From positions 47,819,958-47,865,305 of the forward strand of contig NC_069000.1 of the NCBI RefSeq assembly GCF_001194135.2: a DNA stretch of 45,348 nt, given 5' to 3'. The notes beneath the pieces are model-generated. The model ran no database searches. It had not been told where the DNA came from and was given only the letters and a program-made list of their open reading frames with translations. How positions within the stretch are numbered: the stretch's first letter is position 1; every line of letters begins with the position of its first letter. Source of the stretch: Octopus bimaculoides (Eukaryota). Position numbers and translations under genes: made by a program. Shown one piece after another: positions 36,561-45,348 of this stretch.

Positions 36561-37489
36561 CAGAAGGAAGCCAACAGTCCTCACTGACTAACAACCCTCT
36601 GTTTGACCTTGCTTTCTTGTGTCTTTCACATTTTAAAAGGATGTTAACTGATGAATGACATGGCTGCTGTTTTTACGAGGCTTATATTCTCCATCCTTCA
36701 GTGATGTCATTTCTAGACACAGTAAGCATATGTTCTCAGTCCTATATATTCTCAGTCCTACTGCCTGCGCTTAAAAATAATACATAACTAAAACAGTGAA
36801 ACTTACTGCATATATTGAGCCTGAAAATCTATAATGACATTCCATGGTGACCTCGCTCCCATCTCTGTCTCTCTCTTCCTCCATTCATCCAGTTGTCCAT
36901 CTGTCTGTGCATGTATGTATATAAGATATCACCAGAATTGTATTTCCCCTCATGGTGGCTCCATGTGCAACACTGACAAAAGCCTCATCTAAATGTATGG
37001 TTTTCCTCATGTGGAGTTCTTCATAAGGGCCAGATCTGTAGTGTTTATTAGTTTGGTTTAGAGGAAGGGGTAGAACCCACAGCCTCTGTAAGTTTTTAAA
37101 CCTGGTAAGATTGTTATTGTTAATTTTTGCATTGAAAGTGTTGCAAGTAAACAACTAAAGGAATGTCCTGTTGGTCAGGTTGGTCACATGTGATTGCAGA
37201 GGATTAATTGATGGAGAAGAATGTTAATGGGGATAAGTATAAGGCCTGGTCAGTCCTCTACAAGTACAACCCATACATACAGGATTGTGTTGTCATTATG
37301 CATAACTTTGACATCTGATGTAGTTTGACTAATTGGTGGTCAAGATTTAATTAGCAACACATTTCATCCTCCAGTTCCATGCAAATTTTATCTTTCTCCA
37401 ATCTTTTTTTCCCTTGGAATCTTCCACTCCTTATCTCAGCCTGTTTTTCCCAACAAACAATTAGACTGCAGAAGTTCAGATCCATAGTA

Positions 37490-37610
37490 GTAAATCTGGC
37501 AGAATCGGTAGAGCATCAGATTAAATGCTTGTAATTTGTACAGGCTCTTTGCATACCAAGATCAATTTTGGCATTCATCCTTTCAGGGAAAGTAAATAAA
37601 CAGCAGCCCA
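37490..37610 (+). mobile_element. SINE family A, 5' fragment
   Basis: ctggcagaatcggtagagcatcagattaaatgctt...ggcattcatcctttcaggg...taaataaa. Confidence 0.5.
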
Positions 37611-38339
37611 AAATAATGAAATGGGGACTGGTGGGATCCTTTGAGGGCTGCATAGTATGCCTTGTGGTATTTATTCCATCTCTTTTTATTCTGAGTCTAA
37701 GATCCACTCGAGATCATTATTATAGTAATAACTTACGCATGGGGGAACGAAAAAAAATCCTCCGAAAGTCCCCAAACTCAAAAGAATTTACGTCCTCATT
37801 GGTTAGGAACAATCTAGGGTCACAAAGGACTAAATGGATAAAGATCATGATGATGACCACGATGTTGATGGTGATGATGATGTTGATAAGGAAGTGGTGA
37901 AAAGTAAAACCCATAGTGGCCTCTTTTTTTTTTTTTTTTAGTCAGAACGTCCAGCGGTTCGGCTATGCTCTGCAGGGCCATCAGCGGTGGTGTTCGACCG
38001 TTTCTGTCAATTCATCGTCTTCAACACTAAGAGTTACTACATAGTTGCTCGACCTGCTAGAAATAGTAGCTAAATCTCTCATAGCGTCTTAAAAAGAAAA
38101 CACGTTAAATAATGTAGTCCAACCTTTGGAATTGGCAAGGGGAAATTTCGCTGCTATTTCTGGCAAATCATATGACCGTGTGGAGGCTCGCTGTTGTTAG
38201 TAATGTATGTGTTAGTGACCACCACTATCGAATGATGAAACAGCTGAAGTAAAAAGAAATGTGTTAAAATAGTGTGGTTATACATTGTTTAACTGTAGGT
38301 CAGTCCAGCCAACAGAATTATGAGGAAAGGCGTTTTTTC

Positions 38340-38794
38340 ACGACGGGCCATATAACAGAGAACAATGTGCGCGGGTCGCACAACTAGTTTGTTTGTTACA
38401 ATACAGTGAATACACAAAAAATAAGGACAACCAACATATTTATTGACAGGCGACGTTAGCAATAATTCTATCTCACCCAGTGCCCACACATCTCTGAATC
38501 TCAGAAACTAAGCATCAAAAAAGGATTTGGTGAGATTTGTGAAACTGGTGTTTAAAGATATCATCAATATTTGCTTCGGAATTGCAACATCCAACCAAGA
38601 GAATTGCTCTCAAATGTTCATTAGTCAACCTCGTTCAATGTGCTGACTTCACATCATTTTTGAAAATGTTTGCTCACAGACATAAGTTGTTCCAAACACT
38701 GATACCAGCGGCAAATGCAGGTACTTACACAAAAGGTACGGAGCGGCGATGGCCGGATGAACTGACCTCGCGGGCCGTAGTTTGGTAACCTCTG
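38340..38794. mobile_element. Probable non-autonomous hAT (Charlie-like) element
   Basis: The reverse complement of the right end, CAGAGGTTACCAAACTACGGCCCGCGAGG, resembles Charlie-type hAT termini (recalled CAGGGGTCCCCAAACTACGGCCCGCG). Internal cgggcc-like subterminal motifs are present. The left boundary is uncertain. Confidence 0.45.
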
Positions 38795-39569
38795 CAGTAG
38801 GATATCATCTAGGACGGGATTTAGCTGTTATAACTAGCAGATTAAGGGATCACAAACACCCTAACAGGTGTCCGGTTGTGTAGTTCATCAAAGGTAGAAG
38901 ATTTGGGGAAGTTGAGGAGTTGTGGTGGTCATGCACTTTTGGGGGAAGTTTTCGGTGAATACGTGGAAACATTGGCTTCATTTTATCTACAAAACCTAAA
39001 AGAAAACCAACAAAGATGAATTTTCTTCTCATACTTGAAAGTCTAAAAAATTTAAACATAAGTTGGACTCAACAGAAGATAAAAAGAGAGAAAATGAAAA
39101 TAAGTTTGTGAGAAATAAATGTTAATAATTATTTATTTAAACGAATGTACTTTAAAGAAACCACAGCTACACAAGAGGTTTTGTTGTGAAAACTTAGGGT
39201 TTAGCCATCCAAAACTGGAAAACAGGTCGTGGAATTAGTTTAATAGTAATTTACAGAGGTGAAGAAAAGAACACACACACACGTGTGTGTGTGTGTGGCA
39301 GACAACCTAGTTTTATTATTCGTTCTAGTCCAGAATACAATCACCTAGTTTTCGTTCCAGCGAGGAAACGCACGCACACGCAGAAGTTAAGAATCACACG
39401 CTAATACATTCTATACATAGGATATGTGTGTGTGTGTGTACTCATTTTATTCAAAGTATTTACTTTTATTTTATATACTTAATACGCAAAACACACGCTT
39501 AACTAAGGTACACACACATACGCACACTCTCTCTCACTCATACACAAGACAAACATACGCACACACCAT

Positions 39570-39870
39570 AAATTTCACACAAATACGCGCGCGTGCGCAG
39601 CGAACAACGTAAAAGTACATTTGGCTTCGGCGCTCCTCCCACCACTGCTGCTGGCCCAGTAACTGGCATTTAATAACAGTTTTTCCCTCACGCTTTCACA
39701 CTCACCACACTCCCCTTCTGTTTACTCCTCAGTCTGCCTTCTCTATTCTCAAATGCCTCAAAACACCATCACCGCCACGATTTCTCCGCCTCTCTTTCTC
39801 TTTTCCTCCCACTCTCTCATACTAATACACGCAACTAGACAAAATTAGTGCGCGCATGCGCGCTTGTCTG
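39570..39870. promoter_or_regulatory. CpG-enriched promoter-like region with an NRF1-type site
   Basis: Perfect palindrome GCGCGCATGCGCGC at 39850-39863 contains the NRF1/EWG consensus YGCGCAYGCGCR. ACGCGCGCGTGCGCAGCG at about 39585-39602. A pyrimidine-rich UTR-like tract lies between them. Confidence 0.4.
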
Positions 39871-40211
39871 CCTGATAATGTTGTTATGGTGGTAGTTGTT
39901 GAATACGATAATATGGTTGTGATGGTGGCGATGGTGGTTTTGGTGTTGGTTGTGGTAGAAGTGGTTGTTGTGGTAGTGGTGGTGGTGGTGGTGGTGGTAG
40001 CGGTGTTCATGGCAGAATTGAAACATGCACAAAACAATATCAATATTTTTTTTCCATTTTATTTTCCCCATAATTTGAAGAGATTTACGGATTTCTTGTG
40101 GAATTGACTGGGCTTGGTTAGAGTTTTGGTAAAGTTCCTGTTGATTTGATGGAGGACTGTAATCTCTTGGCAGAGAGTAGGAACAAATGCAGGGGACAGG
40201 TGAATTGACGA

Positions 40212-40271
<60 letters not shown>

Positions 40272-40309
40272 TGAATGTGTGAGCGTGTGTGTAGTTATTG
40301 TCATGATCA

Positions 40310-40500
40310 TCATTTCACGTCCGCTTTCCAGACTGGCAGGGACCGAATGGTTTGACAGGCACCAGTAAGGTAGAAGACTGAGCGAAACCCTGCTGTCTGC
40401 TTTAATACAGTTTCCATGGCTCAATGCCCTTCCTAACACCAACCTCTTTACAGTGTACCCTGAGTGCTTTTGATGAAGTATCAGCATCAATGAGATGGCA
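40310..40500 (-). repeat. RTE 3' UTR-type repeat fragment
   Basis: catcatttcacgtccgctttcc...gtttccatggctcaatgcccttcctaacaccaacc. Confidence 0.6.
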
Positions 40501-40999
40501 AAGAACTTTTAAGATAAGATCCTCCAACTGAGGGATTTTGTCTTATATGAGAAACAAATTACTGTTGTAGAAAAACAATCTTTATTGTAGTCACAAGAAC
40601 TTACAGGCATGTATTAATAAATTGTAATAATAATAATAATAATAATACCAACCTGAGCTTTAATAATAATACTAATAATCTTAATTGATTGAAAGTGTTA
40701 TGTACATTGTTTTGTCCTGGTATAAAAGATGGGCTACAGCAAATATTCTGCTCCTTATCACAGATTTGCTTGCCAGTTGCTTGACCTTAACCAGTTGAGC
40801 ATATATATCTCTTAGTGGCTGATGATATGTGCATCTCTGATCACAAGCAGAAGTAGTGGGGAGCATTATAGCCATGTGTGAACAAGAATTCTTTGGAATT
40901 TGAATAATTCACCCCTGGAAACATGGGTGTTTCACTCATCATCCTTAAACCTTATTCAGGGACCTTTTGAGCAGGATGGGCTACTCAACCAGAGACTCT

Positions 41000-42710
41000 G
41001 CTGAGGTGCTTAAGATATCTGGTAGAGTTGGATGCAGACTAGTCAGGTTATTCAGGAAAGTGTAATCCTGGTACACAGACAGGATGCTGAATGCACTTTT
41101 GCCAAAGGACAAGAAGCCAAACGGACATAAAGCCAAACAGATAAGATGCCAAAAAGGCATATGAAAATTAAAATTTAATCTTGTTTAATCTTAAGTACCA
41201 AATTGGTGAATTGGTCATTAAACTATGTAGGTAGGAATGTTTAATGTTTTTTATTATTGTGTCCATTCAACTTCTTGACTTTGGCTTCTTATCCTTCGGC
41301 AAAAAATGCATTTGGCATCCTGTCCGTGCACAGTAACTTCTAGCAGTATCATAGTCAGCTGCTATGAGGACAAGGGAGATGTCTTAGATAGAAGTAATTA
41401 TAGAGGCATCAAATTGCTGGACCACGTGACAAAAGTTGTGGAGAGAGTTATGGACCAATTAATTGGGAATAGAATTAGACGAGATGAAATGCAGATCGGC
41501 TTTGTCTGAGAAGAAGTACCACAAATACTATTTTCATAGTCAGGCAACTGCAAAAGATATACTTAGCTAAGAACAAGCTATTTTATTTGGCATTTATTAT
41601 CTAGAGAAAGCCTTCAACAGATTGTCTCGCTCTGTGAGATGGTGATCACTTGTAGATGGATGGCTTATGAAAGCAGTACAGGCCATCCATATACAGGGGT
41701 GCTGTTATAAATGTAAGAGTTAGCCATAGGTACAGTGATGAATTTAGTGTACAGATAGGTGTCCACCAACGGTTGTCCTCAGCCCCCTCCTATTCATCAT
41801 TGTTCTCCATAAAACTGGAAGCCCATGAGAACTACAATATGCTGACGATCTTGTTCCCATAGCAACAGAATTAGAAAAGAAATTTCAGGAAACAGAGCTT
41901 GGAATCTAAGGATCAAGGTCCTAGTAAGCAAGAAATTGGACAGGGCCCTTCACCCATCAGGGAAATGGCCCTGTAGTAAGGGTGTAGACAGAAATTCCAT
42001 TCAGTGTACCCAGTGCAAACTATGGACACACAAGAGGTGCAGTAGATTAGTTAGAAGGTTAACAGAGAAAGTAGTATTTGTATGTGGAAGATGTACGGAA
42101 GCCATAATGGCCATAAATACACAGGAAATTGATCTCCTTAAATGTCCCAGTGGCTCTCTGGAACTTGTAGATAACTTTTGCTAGCTAGGTGACCTAATTA
42201 GCAGTGGAGGAGGTTATACAAGTGTGTACAAACTGTGATGCTGCATGATAGTGAGATAGGGACTCTGAATGCAGAAGACATGTGAAGCTGGTTATATTCT
42301 GCTGGAAATGCAATGTTAGTGAGCTTGTGCAACAGAGCATTAATGTTTTGAGAGAGAAGTTGAGCATAAGAGGAATTAGATGCAGCGTGCCAGAGAGGAG
42401 ACTGTGCTGGTTTGGTCATGTGATGCAGACGGATGAAGACAGTTGCATAAAGAAATGTTGGTCACTTAAAGTGGAGAGAATTTCTGGAAAAGGGAGACCC
42501 AGGAAGACATAAAAGGCATTGATATGGGTGCTGGTACAACATAAAAAGTACTGGAGATGGTGTCATGTAAAAAACACCCAGTGCATTCTGGAGTGGTTGG
42601 TATTAGGAAAGGCACTCAGCCATGGAAACGAAGCCAAAACAGATTATGGAACCTGGTGCAGACCCTGGCCTTGCCAATTTCTGTCAAGCTATCCAACCCA
42701 TATCAGCATA
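41000..42710 (+). mobile_element. RTE-clade LINE relic (RT domain, C-terminus and 3' UTR), interrupted by a MITE
   Basis: YEDKGDVLDRSNYRGIKLLDH, STTNTIFIVRQLQ, LEKAFNR, GVHQ..LSPLLFII, ELQYADDLV, CSKGVDRNSIQCTQCKLWTHKRCS and RRLCWFGHVMQ...GKGRPRKT*, followed by a 3' UTR resembling the other copies in the window. Confidence 0.9.
41071..41331. mobile_element. MITE with about 50-bp TIRs inserted into the RTE LINE
   Basis: Left gtacacagacaggatgctgaatgcacttttgccaaaggacaagaagccaaa matches the reverse complement of right tttggcttcttatccttcggcaaaaaatgcatttggcatcctgtccgtgcac. The RTE reading frame resumes on both sides. Confidence 0.75.
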
Positions 42711-42744
42711 TGTATATATATGAACTTTAGGTTAGTAAAAATAT

Positions 42745-42820
42745 GCCATGTCCATATGGTGTTGTGGTTAAGAGCACAGGCCACTAACCCCAAGATTCCA
42801 AGTTCGATTCCAGGCAGTGA

Positions 42821-42851
<31 letters not shown>

Positions 42852-43010
42852 GATAGCAACAACATCGAAAAATACCTTAGGAATGAGAACCCGGGTTCAA
42901 AATTTCCCCAAGACACCTGATGAAGGCTGGAGGGTAGGAGGGTATATCAGCTGAAACGTTGTGTTAACAACAAACAAGATGAGGACAAATATCCGTCAAA
43001 TGTAAATAAT
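42745..43010 (+). mobile_element. tRNA-derived SINE with a hammerhead-containing 3' region
   Basis: A-box-like TGGTGTTGTGG at 42757-42767, B box GTTCGATTC at 42802-42810, internal (AAT)n, and a 3' hammerhead core. Confidence 0.75.
42912..42965 (+). ncRNA. Minimal type I hammerhead ribozyme (Penelope-like, dimer-dependent)
   Basis: Helix I GACAC (42912-16) / GTGTT (42961-65); core CTGATGA (42917-23); helix II GGCTG/CAGCT; GAA followed by palindromic ACGT helix III; cleavage triplet GUU (predicted cut after 42960). Confidence 0.62.
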
Positions 43011-43559
43011 GAACCTAAAGTCTGTTTATTCCTCATTACTGTTTAGTTGCATGTATACATGTANNNNNNNNNNNNNNNNNNNNNNNNNNNNNNNNNNNNN
43101 NNNNNNNNNNNNNNNNNNNNNNNNNNNNNNNNNNNNNNNNNNNNNNNNNNNNNNNNNNNNNNNNNNNNNNNNNNNNNNNNNNNNNNNTATATATATATAT
43201 ATACAAAAACACACAAACATATATACATATACAGTTTACATTGAATAGTCTTTTTTCCTCCAAATGTTTATGTATTGAATATAGCTATTTCCCTGATGCT
43301 GACAGAATTCTGATTTTTCCTACTCACTAAAGCTTTGTATGTATGTATATATGCATGTATATATGTATGTATGAATGTATGTATATATGCATGTATGTAT
43401 ATATGTATGTATGTATTATAGACTATAGGCTATGTATGTATTATAGACTATTTCATTATAAATGTTCTGAAAACTCCTCACAGCCTTGGATTTGTTATCT
43501 CATTCTGTCTAATAAATATATGTATGTATTATGTATATATATCTATGTAAACTTTCATC

Positions 43560-43990
43560 ATCATCATCATCATCATCATTGAACATCTGTTTTCCATCTT
43601 GGCAATGGGTTAGACATTTTGACAGGAGCTGGCCAACTTAACAATTGCCTGGGTTCCATGCATGATTAGACATGGTTTCTACTGCTGCCCTTCCTAATGA
43701 CAACAGTTTTACACAGTGCATTGGGTGTTACTTTTTATGTAGTACCAGCATGGTGCTTTTACGCGGAGCCAACATCCCACAGTCCTACAAATCTAGGTCC
43801 CTTGTCATCTTCTCTGTGAGGTCTAATGTCTGAAGATTCTTTCTCACCACTTCGTCCAACATCTTCCTGGGTCTACCCCTTCCTCAGGTTCCCACCACAA
43901 TTAGAGATTGGCACCTCTTGATGCAGCTGTCCTCATTCACACACATATTACATAACCACATCAATGCAGTCTTCTCCCATGCACACTACA
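43560..43990 (-). mobile_element. RTE LINE 3' end (ORF end plus 3' UTR with CAT-repeat tail)
   Basis: Reverse strand reads RGRPRKMLDEVVRKNLQTLDLTEKMTRD, followed by the shared 3' UTR that ends in (gat)n. Confidence 0.7.
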
Positions 43991-44063
43991 TCTGATGCCT
44001 CACATAATACCCAGTTTTTCTCTCAAATCGTTTACACTCTGTTGTATATGTGCATATATATGT

Positions 44064-44064
44064 A

Positions 44065-44158
<94 letters not shown>
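44064..44158. repeat. (TG)n(AG)n compound microsatellite
   Basis: Directly visible. Confidence 0.95.
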
Positions 44159-44160
<2 letters not shown>

Positions 44161-44960
44161 GGTATCAAAAGCTTCTCAGACTAGTTAATAAAAAATAACT
44201 TATTTTAACATCACATCCTTCAAAAGTCACCTTGTGCAGCAGTACACGGGTCCCTGAGCATTCCTTCCACCTTTTGAATCCAGACTGGAAGTAATTTTCT
44301 GTGAGTTAAGGACCTTCTGGGATTTGCTCTGGATTTTGACAATGGTGTTAAAATGGTGACCTTTGAGTTGCATTTTCATCTTGGGGAAGAGAGAGGAGTC
44401 TTCAGGTGCTAAATATGGTGAATAGGGTAGGTGTGTTTTTGATGAGAAACACACAAGTGAGGAGAACTTGGTGACACGGTGTATTGTCATCGTGAAGAAT
44501 CGAATTCTTCGTGCTCCACAGTTCTGTTTGCTTTTGCCAAATGTCTTCCTTCAAGCATTTCAAAATGTCACAGTAGAACTCTCAATGCATGCTCTGGCCT
44601 TGCAGGACAAATCCTTGATGCACACAATATTGTGGATGTCATAAAAAAAACGAAGAGCTTGCTCTTGATTGATCTGAGGTTCTGTCATGGAGATGAAGGG
44701 TTCTTCCACTCTGATCACTGCTGCTTCATCTTTCAAGCATGCTCAATGTCTCTATAGCAGGCTTCCTAAGTTTAATGCAAAGTTTCATGTCGACTCTTTG
44801 TTTCAACTTTCTGTCCACGACAAAAATTGCAAATGAAAGAATACATTTGAAAACAAAAACACAATTTCACAATTTGCATAGTAAAACCAGCGATATAACT
44901 TGGCACAGTGCCTCATGAAGATCACTGCTAGATCACATCTTTGCCGAAGACTAGTGTCCA
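44155..44960 (-). mobile_element. mariner deletion derivative
   Basis: LPYSPYLAPEDSSLFPKMKMQLKGHHF and N-terminal KQRVDMKLCIKL..PAIETLSML. TIR-like gaggtggtatcaaaagcttctcagact at about 44156. The right boundary is approximate. Confidence 0.75.
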
Positions 44961-45311
44961 ATTTCACATGTGGGCATATGTATGTGTATGAGCACATATA
45001 TGTACATATATGCATATGCATTTATGTATGTGTGACTTCATATGTATGTGTGTATATATATATATGTTTATGCGTATGTGTGTATGTACATGTGCAGATA
45101 TGCATGTAAAAAAAAAAGGAGAAAGAAAAAAGAGCTGGTTTTATTTATTTATTCATTTTATTTTCTCCATCATATATGCATATTTGTATGCATGTGTACA
45201 CATGTATGTGTATGTATGTATATATATGTGGGTGTATATATGCATATGTTTATATCTATTTTGTTTTAATCTATACTTATTCTTTGCTGTAGTCTGCTTG
45301 CCACATATAGG

Positions 45312-45347
<36 letters not shown>

Positions 45348-45348
45348 A

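Noticed and set aside
36885-37154. 89-aa minus ORF and a plus-strand donor at about 37088
   Set aside because: No recognisable domain, and the plus-strand exon candidate has stops in all frames.
42757-42815. Possible tRNA gene
   Set aside because: A and B boxes are present but no complete cloverleaf is evident, and it is embedded in a longer repeat body, so it is a SINE head.

Overview
This is AT-rich, microsatellite-dense animal genomic DNA with 10 N-gaps. The repeat landscape (tRNA-SINEs, RTE and R4-like LINE relics, many Tc1/mariner fossils) resembles an octopus or other coleoid cephalopod genome; that assignment is inference from recalled repeat families. One protein-coding gene is well supported. 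It is a minus-strand spliced gene (exons 19260-18767, 16890-16740, 15549-13532, all GT-AG and phase-compatible) encoding about 887 aa plus an unidentified start exon, with an unusual BTB-BTB-(8x zinc finger) architecture. A promoter-like island lies just upstream at about 20.8-21.0 kb. Most other ORFs in the track are artefacts of microsatellites, gaps or decayed transposons. The most notable items are: the tandem double-BTB zinc-finger gene, whose first BTB is a frame-neutral cassette; a tRNA-headed SINE ending in a Penelope-type minimal hammerhead ribozyme (42.75-43.0 kb); a second, decayed hammerhead (7.0 kb); and an intronic 30-bp repeat array built around ROR/Rev-erb-type response elements (15.8-16.5 kb).
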